A DNA stretch of 63,147 bases, filler included, from Octopus bimaculoides (GCF_001194135.2; 5 parts of 5 records of this genome joined end to end with filler, not necessarily neighbours in it); one strand, 5' to 3'. Counted from the first letter of the whole stretch, positions 1 to 12,726 are shown. A program made the numbers and translations. The notes: generated by a model from the letters alone, not told the origin.

Positions 1-283
1 TAAAAATGATGAATTAAATACACACATATATTTAATTTCTCATTTCCTTACAACTTGGTCAGGATGTTTCAACTTACATTTGCAGAAGACATATGTGTAT
101 CAGATTGAGTAAAAAGTAAGCAACGTTTTGAACCATGAAGAATCTGTACCAGATTTTTGCAGAGTTTTGAATTTTTTTTTAATTCTTTTTTTGCAATTGT
201 CTGATGATACAGACAGAGACTTGCCCAAATGTAGAAATAAATTAACATTGATATTTTTGTTGCTGCTGTTACAATCATCCGAA

Positions 284-580
284 ATAGAACTGTTAAAGCG
301 TGATATTTGAGCAATTTTGCTGTTCAACTTCAAAAAAGGATTTAAAGCAGCTGAAACTGTTTGCAATGTCAACGAAATGTTTGGTAAGGAAATGACCAGT
401 GAGTGGTCAGCTTGAAACTGATTTAAACGATTTCACATTGGAGACCTGAGCCTTGAAGATCGTGAGTGTAGTGGACGCTCATCTGTCATCAATGACAGTC
501 GATTAAAGATTGTCATTGATAAAGATCCACATAAAACCACTTGAGAACTGACAAAAAAACTTCAAGTTAGTCAGAAAACA
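284..580 (+). mobile_element. Mariner transposase N-terminal (HTH) remnant, pseudogenised
   Basis: Manual translation IELLKRDI*AILLFNFKKGFKAAETVCNVNEMFGKEMTSEWSA*N*FKRFHIGDLSLEDRECSGRSSVINDSRLKIVIDKDPHKTT*ELTKKLQVSQKT matches the mariner HTH pattern (AAET..NIN..FG, WFKRF..GD.SLED..RSGRP). Four in-frame stops; no TIR seen. Confidence 0.85.
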
Positions 581-1199
581 CCCAAAGAAAAGAGAGAAAG
601 AGAGAGAAATGGAGATATTGAAGAGGTGGATGTCCTCAGTTACTTTGGCTACAAGGCAATCCTCTTAGGTGTTTGTCAGTATATTTCCTTTCCTAAGGGT
701 TACATTATGTCTATGGCAAAAACACTTAGGTCTCAGCAATGGTACAGTTTACTAAACTGTAAATAGATACCACAAAGTATTATAATCCACTTCTATATAT
801 GTGTAGTCAAGACATTGAGGGAGCTTCTATGCAGATACTCAACCTGGTAAAAATAGCAGCTAAATTTCACTCAAATTGCACTATAGCATATGTATATATA
901 TATATATATAAAAAAGTAAATGCAAAGAAAAATTGTTCCAAAAATAAAAATAAGATAGGATGGCCATGGAAAGAGATTGAATTTATATTATTGTTAAACT
1001 AATGTTATTAATAGTAATGGCTGTTGAAAAAAAGGTGGTATTTATGATATTGTTGAATTAATGATATCCAGTAGTATGATGGTTTTCGCATCTTCAGTTA
1101 AAAATATTGGGAAAGTCTTGGACGTCACAATCCTTCTTTATGGTCGCCAGAATCAATAGTGTCGATCGCATGATATAAGCACCGAGTATATGTGCTATG

Positions 1200-1355
1200 A
1201 AGTGGTTGGGCATTAGGAAGGGCATCCAGTTGTAGAAACCAGGCCAAAAAAGATATTGGAGCACGATGCAATTCTTGGATCCATTGGATCCTGTTGAAGA
1301 AAACTGTCCAATCTATGCCAGCATGGAAAAAGGTGTGTTAAACTATAATGATGAT
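1200..1355 (+). mobile_element. SINE family D 3' part with (GAT)n tail
   Basis: GGTTGGGCATTAGGAAGGGCATCCAGTTGTAGAAA...CCAATCTATGCCAGCATGGAAAAAGGTGTGTTAAA then (GAT)n; the same motif recurs at 4.9, 13.4, 20.1 and 22.0 kb. Confidence 0.7.
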
Positions 1356-1590
1356 GATGGTGGCGGTGGTGGTGGTGGTTATGATGATGATAGCGATGAT
1401 AACAATGAGGATGTTGATTATGATGGTGATGATGACAATGATGATGATGGTGGTGGTGGTGGTGATGATAACTACCACCACCACCACAATCGCCATCATC
1501 ATCATTATTATCCTTGTCATCATCATTATCATCATCATTATTGACAAGGTCAATGTCATCCTCCTCATCACCACCATCACCACCACCATA
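1345..1590. repeat. Imperfect (GAT/GGT)n then (CAC/CAT)n trinucleotide tract
   Basis: Read directly from the sequence. Confidence 0.9.
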
Positions 1591-2589
1591 GTCACCTTTT
1601 TCTGATCTACTTCAGTTTCTCTCCTCAGCCTCACCCATGAACCTTCCAAGATGTTGCTTACATTTGTAAAATTATCAGATGTCTGTTTGAACATGGATCA
1701 ATATTAACACATCTGATAGTTTCTTCAGTATGAAAGGAAAAAAAAAGGGAAAGAAATAAAGAAAGAAAGAAAGAAAGTAAGAAAAGAAGAACGGATCTTT
1801 GGTTTGGTTAACTAGAAGACATCTAGGGAACCTTGTGAAGTTGTCTTGTTCTGGGATTAACATGATTCCTTTTATAAATGAAATATGATTCTTAGAAAAT
1901 CAGTCAGTTTAAGGGAATTTTAAGGAAATAAGGAACCCAAAAAGAAAAAGAAAAAAGAGAGATTCTGAGAGTCTTGGGTTCTTGTAAACCCTACTGAAAA
2001 TTGGTTGAGAAGATCTCAAGAGCAAAGAAAATTCGTAATTCTTCAAAGCCTTTTTGATCCACTCAAATATCTTTCTTCTTTGACAAGCTGTAGGAATTTT
2101 AAGAAATTATGAAGAAATAATATTTGGTTACTAAGAACTGGTTGGCTTGTTGGGTAGTTTGTTGTTGCTGTTGTTGTTGTTTATTCCAAGCTCATCGTTA
2201 TTCAAGAGCAGACCTATGGTCAAAGATTTTCCATTCCTGACCAACCTCTTGGTGTTTATTTTCTCCTTTCAGATTCAGATTCCTTCAATCTCTAAGACAG
2301 TGAGTTGTGATATGAGACAGATTTTGGTGTTGCTTCCAGTATGCAGATGCTCTCTTATTTCTTTCAGATTCCTCTTTCAGTTTTTGAAACATTAACATGT
2401 GATACAAGACAAATTTGGCTGTTGTTTGTAGCAAGTCAAACTAGCATTTTCCATGTCAGCAGAAAATAAGATAATTTTTTTAGGGGTTATAGTCCTTTAA
2501 ATTTGGTTATAGCTTATTAAATCAAGGTGCAGGCATGGCTGTGTGGATAGGCACAGGTTTGTTCATGCAATCTTGAAGAGACGAGATTA

Positions 2590-2742
2590 GCTGGTATCAT
2601 TGATCCCAGTACTTGACTGGTATGTTATCTTATCAGCCCTGGAAGAATGAAAGGTAAAGGTGACTTTGGCAGGATTTGAACTCAGATCCAAAAGAAAAAG
2701 CACCAAGATATTTTGTCCAATGCAGTAATAATTCTGCCAATC
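2590..2742 (-). mobile_element. SINE family C (tRNA-like head), degenerate
   Basis: Reverse complement aligns by eye with the 22143-22368 copy (TGAGTTCAAAT, GACTTTGCCTTTCATCC, AGTAC...TGGGATCAAT). Confidence 0.65.
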
Positions 2743-2760
2743 CATTGCTTTTAATATAGT

Positions 2761-3010
2761 GGAAGCACATGGCTTAGTGGTTAGGGTATTTGACTCATGA
2801 TCGTAAGATTGTGGTTTCGATTCCTGGACCGTTGATGTATTGTGTTCTTGAGGAAACCACTTCATTTTATGTTGCTCCACTCCAGTCAGCTAGCAAAAGT
2901 GAGTAATCCTTCGATGGACTGGCATCTCATCCAGGTGGGGCATCTATACACCATGTAAACCAGGAAAGTGGCCCTTGTGAGTCAGCATGACCCAAGAAAG
3001 TAACTTTACC
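2761..3010 (+). mobile_element. SINE family B (tRNA-derived head)
   Basis: A-box TGGCTTAGTGG, B-box-like GTTTCGATTCC, then TGTGTTCTTGAG...; colinear with 19665-19928. Confidence 0.8.
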
Positions 3011-3325
3011 TTTTTTTATTGTTTTCAATAATATTTTCTGATTTAAACAAAAGGCGAGCAGTTTTAGGAATGAGTCACTCGATACCAACAAATACTGCAA
3101 AGAGCTTAAAATCTCTAACACTTCAACAATCTCTCTTATAGTTTCAACTTAAATTTTTGCCAATGGTTTATCCAGTTTCATTCCCACTTTTCGTAACTTT
3201 TCGTTTTCACACAAAGCTGGTCATCCTGTTCTGTCCCTATTTCATGTCTCATTTATATGTCAGCACCTTTCTCTCTTCTCAAATAATACTTCATTGTCTG
3301 AAGTAAAGCTTATTCTTGCTCTCAT

Positions 3326-3363
<38 letters not shown>

Positions 3364-3755
3364 ACAACCTCCTGATTCATTGATCTTTCTTCCATTTCTT
3401 ATTCAATTTCCGTTCCTATGTGTGACTATATCCTGCATCTTCCGCAGCTCTGACGGTCTTTTCTAACTCCAGCTAAGACAGCCATTGTTTCCTCACCATT
3501 TGATATATATTCTCAATCACAGAACAAATCTTTCTGATCCATATTCCATATCTTTCGCATTCTTTCTTTTTTTTTTTTCATATTCTATTTTGTCAGGTTC
3601 ACTCTTTCAGTAGTCTTCTACAACAATTCTGTTGTCACTTTGGGACCAGCTTCTCCAGAACCTTGCAGAAGTAGTTGAATAACAACCAGGCCCATCCTAC
3701 TGCAAAATAGGACACTTGCTAAAGTTAGAGGGCTTCACTTAAGGTCCTAGTTTCC

Positions 3756-3983
3756 TTAACCTTTTACTATTCAGATTATTTTCTTGAATGTAATGCTTAT
3801 TTGTCCACATTGTTTTGGATTAATCCAGTGTTATCTTATAGCTTTGAGATTTAAATGATCTGACTGTGTATTTTTAGAATGGCATTGTCGGTGAAGTGTG
3901 AGAGGTTAGATCTGACCTGTTTGAGCACAAAACAGGTGAGATATTTGGGCTGGATATGGCCAGTTCAAATACTAAAGGGTTGA
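3756..3983. mobile_element. Short non-autonomous TIR element (piggyBac-like MITE)
   Basis: Left end TTAACCTTTTACTATTC, right end AAATACTAAAGGGTTGA; 12 of 15 positions form an inverted match. TTAA on the left, degenerate TTGA on the right. Confidence 0.55.
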
Positions 3984-4819
3984 TACAGTTGTGAAATTAA
4001 ATTTTATCTGATGTTACAAACATAAATGATGTGATAAGGTTACACAACCAATAGTGTTTTTATTGAGACAGCCTCTGTAGGAAGGGCTACCAACCAGGGC
4101 TAAAGTATCGCCCTGTCCATAAGGCAGACTTAATGCCATGGGATTGTAGGAAAGTGGGCATACACCATCCTGTGTATCCCAATTCCGTACATGAAATTTT
4201 TCAAGGAAGAAAACGGAATGCAGATTCTAAACTAAAACAGCACAACAAATATTTTATTGCAGTAGAATTCTGCTCACATTAGGAGGGAATTTGGTAGCAT
4301 GTCGCCTTTGGGTTAGATGAGACGCCGTCAATGAAGTTGCGTGGTTTGTAGTCATTTCCTCCTCTCTGGTTAACTATGAGGATTCATTGTAGAGTTGACA
4401 GAGAGCTGCTGTCGAGACGTCCAGCTTCCACGAAGTTCAGCAAGCAAAAAAGGCAGAGAGACATGGGAACACTTGGATGTTGGATGACCGCGTATGCGCA
4501 TGAGGGACTTTCTGCATTCCTTCCGGAAGACTAGTCTCTGTGCATGCATGGATAAACTCTCCATAATGGCGACTGGTATCAGGCACCACTACATGATGAT
4601 AACCTGTTATTTCATGGTCTCTAGAGAGCTCCTTACTGTTAAAAGTAGAGTAAAAAGGAACCAAGGACCAACAGTGGAAGAAGAGTCTTGAGAGTAAAGT
4701 TGAGCAGCTCAATGAAGATTTTGGAAGACCATAATTGAAAAGTGAGGGAAGTAATGTTCAGTCAGAATATTGAATTATCATGTGCCCTCTTCATTGACCA
4801 GACTATTGAATATCGTTAT

Positions 4820-5078
4820 ACACTTTTGGTGGCATGTTGTGCTGGTGGCACGTAAAAAGCACTCACTGCACTCTCAGGGTGGTTGGCGTTAGGAAGGGCA
4901 TCAAGCTGTAGAAACTTTGCCAAGCGCAGGAGTGGCTGTGTGGTAAGTAGCTTGCTTATACATATCATCATCATCATCATCATCATCATCGTTTAACGTC
5001 CGTTTTCCATGCTGGCATGGGTTGGATGGTACAACTGGGGTCTGGGAAGCTAGGAGGCTGCACCAGGCTCCAGTCTGA
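4820..5078. mobile_element. Composite of SINE D(+) fragment, SINE A head and SINE D(-) tail
   Basis: 4820-4921 GGTGGCACGTAAAAAGCAC...GTAGAAACTTTGCC; 4923-4958 GCGCAGGAGTGGCTGTGTGGTAAGTAGCTTGCTTA; 4966-5078 (CAT)n CGTTTAACGTCCGTTTTCCATGCTGGCATGGG. Confidence 0.8.
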
Positions 5079-5487
5079 TCTATCTATCTATATATGTTTA
5101 CACACACACACATATATGCATACATATATAGTGTGCGTGTGTGTGTGTGCACGTGCATGCTTGGTTGTCTTTGTGTGTGTGTGTATATATAAATATATAT
5201 ATGTACATGCGCACACACACATTTATATATATATAAATACATATACGCGCACACACATACACACACTCATTCACTCACATATGTAAACGTATATATAGTG
5301 TATATAATGCTGATTACAGAGATAGCGTATAGAGTGTGTGTATATATATATATATATAGCTAACCAAGTGCACAGGGGATAAAAAGACCTGATACAGATA
5401 GAAAACTATCATAAAGTAACCACAATGGATCTAGAAAAATATTTAGAAGCAAGCAAAGATAGAGTAATTAGTATAATAAGCCAGCAT

Positions 5488-5490
<3 letters not shown>

Positions 5491-5539
<49 letters not shown>
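5491..5539 (+). repeat. 49-nt poly(A) run in an A-rich tract
   Basis: Counted directly. Confidence 0.9.
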
Positions 5540-5542
<3 letters not shown>

Positions 5543-6204
5543 GATGATGAAGTACAAAACAAAAAAATAAAAATAAAAATAACTTTTCTCTCTATATAAG
5601 GAAACAATAAAATACAAACTGAAAGCTAATTACACTAAAGAAATAGGTTTAGATAAGAACAAAACAACAGGAAAAAAAAAAAAATATATAAGAAAAAATA
5701 AAAAGCGAAATGAAATGAAATAACAAAAAAAAAAGTAATAATAAAGGAAAGAGAATAGAGAGAAAATCACTTCCATGATCGGTATCGTGGAAGACTGGTC
5801 AGAGAGGAAATGAGCTAATATGAAAGGTAACAATGGCTCAAAAGCTCGGGAATAATGGTTGAAATAGAAGGTTTGATTTTAGCTTGCAGAAAAAAAAAAT
5901 AAAGAAAAAGAAAATAAATGAAAAAGAAAAACAAGAAAAATCAATTCCTGGCTACACACACACACAAAAAAGAAACCAAACAAACAAATAAACAAATAAT
6001 AAAACAGGAAATGAATAAATAAAAATAATAAAAAACAAAAGGCTAACGTCAACTGCTGATTATGGGAACAAAATAAATAAACAATTGACCACTTTAGTTT
6101 ATTGCTGTCATTCAATGCGAAAATAGAATATATCTATAGACATGATCCATGACCAGGGAAGAGTGGGTGTGGGTGGTGGGGAGGCAGCTTGGGATATTGA
6201 CTTG

Positions 6205-7030
6205 GTAGGTAGCTAGAGACATGATTGCTAGGAAGCAAGAGGTAGGATTGCTAGGTAGCTAGCGAAAAGGATTGCTAGGTAGCAAGAGGCAGGATTGCTA
6301 GGAAGCAAGAGGTAGGATTGCTAGATAGCTAGAGACATGACTGCTAGGTAGCAAGAGGCATGATTGCTAGGGAGCAAGAGGCATGATTGCTAGGTAGCAA
6401 GAGGCAGGTTTGCTAGGTAGCTAGAGAAAAGGATTGCTAGGTAGCAAGAGTCATGATTGCTAGGTAGCTAGAAACATGATTGCTAGTTAGCTAGAAACAT
6501 GATTGCTAGGTAGCTAGAAACATGATTGCTAGGTAGCAAGAGTCATGATTGCTAGGTAGCAAGAGTCATGATTGCTAGGTAGCTAGAAACATGATCGCTA
6601 GGTAGCTAGAAACATGATCGCTAGGTAGCTAGAGGCATGATCGCTAGGTAGCTAGAGGCATGATCGCTAGGTAGCTAGAGGCATGATCGCTAGGTAGCTA
6701 GAGGCATGATCGCTAGGTAGCTAGAGGCATGATCGCTAGGTAGCTAGAGGCATGATTGCTAGGTAGCAAGAGTCATGATTGCTAGGTAGCTAGAAACATG
6801 ATTGCTAGGTAGCAAGAGGCATGATTGCTAGGTAGCTAGAAACATGATTGCTAGGTAGCAAGAGGCATGATTGCTAGGTATAGAGACATGATTGCTAGGT
6901 AGCTAGAGGCATGATTGCTAGGTAGCTGGAGGCATGATTGCTAGGTAGCTGGAGGCATTGACTAGGTCAGTAGCTAGGGACATGTTTGCTAGGTAGCTAG
7001 AGACATCGACTAAGTAGGTAGCTAATGATG
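6205..7030. repeat. 23-bp minisatellite, about 35 copies
   Basis: Unit ATGATTGCTAGGTAGCTAGAGGC with variants (GATCG, CAAGAGTC, AGAAAC); degenerates at both ends. Confidence 0.95.
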
Positions 7031-7704
7031 AGTCTAGGGATAATTAAGGACATTTATTAGGTAGGTAGGTAGTAACAAGGCTGGGTTTGTAGGTAAGGAC
7101 ATGCCTGGGTAGGTAGCTGGGAACATTGACTAGGTTGGTAGTTTGAGATATACTTGGCAGGCAGCTACAGATGTAACTGGGTAGGTTACTACAAAAATAA
7201 TTGGATAGGTGGGTAGAGACATTAACTGGGTAGGTCACTAGCAACAAGGCCGGGTGGATAGTTAAAGATATGACTGGGGTAGATAGGTAATCAGGTAGAA
7301 AGATGACTGTGAAATCTCAAAATTAACACCAACTTTTCTATTAGAGTCTAAATAAAAATAATCTTTTTTTTGATATAGAGGAATAGTTCTATATTTTTAG
7401 TGGAAGGAATATAGTAAAATGAAATGATGAGATATTCATACATTTTCCTGAGATCATAGACAGAATAATTGAAACAAAATAGTTTTCCTTAAAATGAGAA
7501 TTGAAATTTTGGCAGGATGCTACTCAAATCGAGATGACTTCTTGATCTATCAAATATAGCAGTTTTAACAGAATTAGTCACATATTTCAATCTGTGTCTG
7601 AGATGAGGTAATGGTAGAGTTTGAGACAATGTTATATATTTGTGTCTCAGTGTAACAATATTGGTGTTACATTGGTTTTGTGTATCAGTGCAAAAGAAAT
7701 CTAA

Positions 7705-8189
7705 TTGTAATAATATAGTATAAGAAAAATCTGGGTTAATGTACCAGGGAAAAACACAGACATCAGGTTGTTGTGATGTAGGAAAAATCTGGGTTTATGT
7801 GCCGGGGCAAAAAGAAATGTATTTATAATGATATAGGAAAAATTGGGGTTTATGTACCAGAAAAAAAATAAAACAGAAATCAGGTTGTAATAACAGGAAA
7901 AATCTGGGTTTATGTGCCGGGGCAAAAAGAAAATGCATTTATAATGATATAAGAAAAATTTGGGTTTAAGTACCAGAACCCCCACCCCCCACCTCACCCC
8001 GAAATCAGGTTGTAATAATATAGGAAAAATCTGGGTTTATGTGCCAAGGCAAAAAGAAATGTATTTATAATGATAGAGGAAAAATTTGGGTTTATGTGCT
8101 GGGGCAAAAAGAAATGTATTTGTAATAATACAGGGAAAATATGGGTTTATGTGCCAGAGAAAAATAAAACAGAAATCAGGTTGTAATAA
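7705..8189. repeat. Tandem repeat of two alternating 55-60 bp monomers (about 115-bp higher-order unit)
   Basis: Shared core AGGAAAAATCTGGGTTTATGT. Type A continues GCCGGGGCAAAAAGAAATGTATTTATAATG; type B continues ACCAG...AAACAGAAATCAGGTTGTAATA. The array runs into an N gap. Confidence 0.9.
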
Positions 8190-9559
8190 NNNNNNNNNNN
8201 NNNNNNNNNNNNNNNNNNNNNNNNNNNNNNNNNNNNNNNNNNNNNNNNNNNNNNNNNNNNNNNNNNNNNNNNNNNNNNNNNNNNNNNNNNNNNNNNNNNN
8301 NNNNNNNNNNNNNNNNNNNNNNNNNNNNNNNNNNNNNNNNNNNNNNNNNNNNNNNNNNNNNNNNNAAAAAAAAAAAAAAAAAAAAAAGAAATGGAATCAA
8401 ATGTCGTGTTTGTCTTTTGTCTCAGTAAACTTTTAAACTTCAACTAAAGTTCAGTAAAACAATTTTGCTGACGTTGCATGAAAAGTTGTGGCAGAAATGT
8501 ATTCAAACTCAGCTAATTTTTCTTCTTGACAATCTTCCACTATCACTGTTTCCCGCATTGCTTTAGCACCGATACCAGCACCAACACCACACACCGGTTC
8601 CACTACTATCACCAACACGAACACCAACCCACAATACTAATACTCCACTTCACCAACATCATCCCACCCCATCATAATCAGAAACATCATTACCATAACC
8701 ATTCAACTTTTGATTTATCGATGCTACGAAGACTCTGAGTTGTTTGGCCCATTAACTGAAGTAGAAAAGTTGATTCTGTGAAGAAGATTTCCAAGAATAT
8801 GTACAATTTACTGCTGGTAGCTGTCATAGAAAACTATTACAGGAATAAACAGTAAGCAAAAGCCATGCTAGAGATCAGCCAAATCAATTTCTCAGCAAGA
8901 TACAAGAACATAAAAGTTAAATACTACCCCTAATTTTCCAAGCTGTAGAAAAGCAGAAGACACTGAACACAGAATGGTCGGTCAACTAAAATATACGCTG
9001 ATAGACTGTCGGAAAGATTTCCAGTGCCATGAAGCCAATCTCCAGACGAGATGATGACTGTTATTAAACTTCACTTAATGATGTCGAAGTGCTAAAAGCA
9101 CAAGAGCGGAACCCGATATTGGTTTATGAGCAAAATGTATTGAGAAATAGGCATTGGTTATTTCCCTTCGTTCATCTACCCACCCATATACATCGAACAC
9201 ATTCCTAATAATTTCAATAAAATTATTGTCAAACAGCTTTAGTCTATGACTATTTCAGCCTATCTACTGCTGAATTTACGCTCCGGCTGTTTAGATATTA
9301 AGATCAAAAGCAATCTTGTAAAATTATCAGGTTTGAACATAAATATTTTATTTTCAGCTTCCATTTTAAGTGAAGGTGAAGATATTTCACTAACTTCAGT
9401 AACTACACCACATCACACACAACTTGGCATTCCGCTAAAATCCTATTAGTTCAAATTTTATATTTTCAGCAATTTGATGAAATAGATTCTTCATATATGC
9501 TACAGTTAGTTGGTTGTGTCGATAATACATACATTATACATCTGTCACGTCTGTAGGTA

Positions 9560-9613
<54 letters not shown>

Positions 9614-10412
9614 NNNNNNNNNNNNNNNNNNNNNNNNNNNNNNNNNNNNNNNNNNNNNNNNNNNNNNNNNNNNNNNNNNNNNNNNNNNNNNNNNNNNNNN
9701 NNNNNNNNNNNNNNNNNNNNNNNNNNNNNNNNNNNNNNNNNNNNNNNNNNNNNNNNNNNNNNNNNNNNNNNNNNNNNNNNNNNNNNNNNNNNNNNNNNNN
9801 NNNNNNNNNNNNNNNNNNNNNNNNNNNNNNNNNNNNNNNNNNNNNNNNNNNNNNNNNNNNNNNNNNNNNNNNNNNNNNNNNNNNNNNNNNNNNNNNNNNN
9901 NNNNNNNNNNNNNNNNNNNNNNNNNNNNNNNNNNNNNNNNNNNNNNNNNNNNNNNNNNNNNNNNNNNNNNNNNNNNNNNNNNNNNNNNNNNNNNNNNNNN
10001 NNNNNNNNNNNNNNNNNNNNNNNNNNNNNNNNNNNNNNNNNNNNNNNNNNNNNNNNNNNNNNNNNNNNNNNNNNNNNNNNNNNNNNNNNNNNNNNNNNNN
10101 NNNNNNNNNNNNNNNNNNNNNNNNNNNNNNNNNNNNNNNNNNNNNNNNNNNNNNNNNNNNNNNNNNNNNNNNNNNNNNNNNNNNNNNNNNNNNNNNNNNN
10201 NNNNNNNNNNNNNNNNNNNNNNNNNNNNNNNNNNNNNNNNNNNNNNNNNNNNNNNNNNNNNNNNNNNNNNNNNNNNNNNNNNNNNNNNNNNNNNNNNNNN
10301 NNNNNNNNNNNNNNNNNNNNNNNNNNNNNNNNNNNNNNNNNNNNNNNNNNNNNNNNNNNNNNNNNNNNNNNNNATACATACATACATACATACATATATA
10401 CATACACAAACA

Positions 10413-11025
10413 CAGGGTGCGGTGAATAAGTTGTCTAAATTACACAAAAATGAAAATAAAACTGACATCTCATTTTAACAGATATATTTACCAAAATTAC
10501 ATAAAAATCTCTTGAAATGCTAAAGAGTAAATTTGTTAAATAAAATCGTCATTGGCTTCAACCACGGTCTCCAGACGACTTTGGAATCTCTTGCAACTCT
10601 TCTGGATGGTCTCCTTGTTTTAAGCTGGTGAATGCTGCCATAATCCTGGCCTTCAGTTCATCATTGGTGTTACAGGGAGTTTTGTTAATCTCTAGCTCAA
10701 CTGTGCCCCACACATAATAATCAAGGAGGTTGCAGTCTGGGGAGTTAGGGTGGCTAGATGTTAGGGCTGATGTGGTTGCAGAAATTGTCTGACAGCCATG
10801 ATTGGGTTCTTCTTGTGTGGCACAGTGTAAAGTCTTGTTGCCAGACATAGGGTGTTCCAGCAGCCACTCTCCTGACCCAGGGCAGCACTACCTCCTCCAG
10901 GCACTTGATATAGAGCTCTGTGTTGAATCTGAGGCCATGTGAGAAGATGAATGGAAGGATAACGTTGCCATCACTAGTGATCACTCCAAAAACCATGAGT
11001 TTATGGCACAAAAACTTGAGAACTA
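10413..11025 (-). mobile_element. Tc1/mariner-superfamily transposon 3' half (catalytic-domain remnant and terminus)
   Basis: Minus-strand peptides MVFGVITSDGNVILPFIF...YVWQQDFTLCHT..TQSWLSDNF and PNSPDCNLLDYYVWGTVE match the WQQD.A..H and PPNSPDLNP.DY motifs. Frameshifted. Terminus begins CAGGGTG at 10413. Confidence 0.85.
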
Positions 11026-11569
11026 CCAAACCAATTTCATTCAAATTTTACCCATACACTACTTAAGGTCCATGGAGTGTCATGGGCCAAAAAAATTTTC
11101 AACTTCTAACCTAATGTGAGCCCAGTATTGTGTGTCAAAAGTGAAACAATAGCATCTCTGTTGTAATGTACAACAATAGTTTCACTTTTAAGACTTTCAT
11201 TATTAATAGTCTCACTATGTATATAATATATACATAGTGAAACTATTAAAAGTAAAATTATTATCTCACATTACATATATACATGCATATATATATATAT
11301 ATCATGGTTTCCCTTGTCATGAATGACAAATGAGGGTTCAGTAAACTAAAAAGCAGTAATCATGTTCTATGGATGCAAATATGTCTCTTGCGACCTGCTG
11401 GTGCCTTGCTAACATTTTGGAAAATGGAACAAGTTGAGGAATCAGTTTGCTCGAGTGTTTGTGGATAATTTACTATGATCATTTCTTGAGTGGACGGCAA
11501 GGCCTGCTTTGTTTTGTACCATAAAATCAAAATGGCAGGTAAGGTTTCCATTTCGAGGAACTTTTTACC

Positions 11570-11810
11570 TGGCACCAGCACTGGGAAAGTCTGGTTTGTA
11601 ATGGATTTTACAGCTAGATGCCATTCCTAATGAAAACCACTGTACAAAGTGGCCTGGGTACTTTTTGCCTGGTACCCGCATTGGTGAGGTCACCAAATAA
11701 TTTACAAGACAAAGTTCCTTTGTGGTGGGGGAGAGCGTGGTATTGAAGGAAATGGTTTTGTACCAGGTGGTGTGAGGTTAGAGTATGACAGAGGGACAGG
11801 AACAGCCCTG
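11570..11810 (-). mobile_element. SINE family D-like, degenerate
   Basis: TTTTACAGCTAGATGCCATTCCTAATGAAAACCAC is the reverse complement of the D core. Confidence 0.55.
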
Positions 11811-11849
11811 CAATATATATGCAACCATCAGGTTTATGTAGTTACAGTT

Positions 11850-12025
11850 GTGTTCCACAATTGACAACTGTGTAGACACACACACACACACACAAACACA
11901 ACAGGCTTCTACACATTTTCCATCTACCAAATCCACTCACATGTATTGGTTAGCCCAGGGCAAAAGTAAAACACTTCAGTATGACTGAATCCAGAACTAT
12001 TGGTCACAAACCAATTTTCTTATCC
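11850..12025 (-). mobile_element. SINE family A fragment
   Basis: TTTCCATCTACCAAATCCACTCAC is the reverse complement of the A-family GTGAGTGGATTTGGTAGA motif. Confidence 0.6.
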
Positions 12026-12067
12026 ACACACCATTTACACACACACACACACATTTATATATGTGTG

Positions 12068-12111
<44 letters not shown>

Positions 12112-12396
12112 CGTATGTATGTATATTGATCTATCTATTTATCTATCTATATACATTCGTGTGTGTTGTATATGTGTGCATGTGAGTATATGTATTGTAT
12201 GTGGATGTATGCACATATAGATATATGTGTGTGTGTGTGTGTGTATGAAGTTTGTACAAATAAACTTACTGACTCTAGAAACTAGCTAGAATAGTCAGCT
12301 TAAGAGACATTAGATATTTACTATCGAATCTTTATCAAAGTAATTGATACGAACATTAATTGATAATACCATTATTATATTGGAATGGTGTACACA

Positions 12397-12442
<46 letters not shown>

Positions 12443-12606
12443 GATATGTTAAAATGAGTTGTCAAAGCCATTTCATTTTTCTCTTTCATCATTCTTGCAT
12501 ATCTATAATTGTTCATTTAGTGATGTATTAAAATAGATAAATATATATGTCTATATATGTGTGTGTATAGATGTGTAAATGTATATACGTGTGTGTGCAT
12601 ACACGA

Positions 12607-12668
<62 letters not shown>

Positions 12669-12685
12669 ATATATATATATATATG

Positions 12686-12726
<41 letters not shown>

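Noticed and set aside
4270-4740. Balanced-GC stretch with short ORFs on both strands
   Set aside because: I translated several frames and found no TE or host motif; possibly an old repeat, but unassignable.
6205-7030. Regular repeat arrays as possible CRISPR
   Set aside because: Head-to-tail units with no unique spacers, no cas genes, and a eukaryotic context.
9466-10478. Long 200-390 aa ORFs in the ORF track (also at 15.5-16.9, 21, 49, 51, 57 and 62 kb)
   Set aside because: They consist of X from N gaps plus YI/HT/CV translations of microsatellites.
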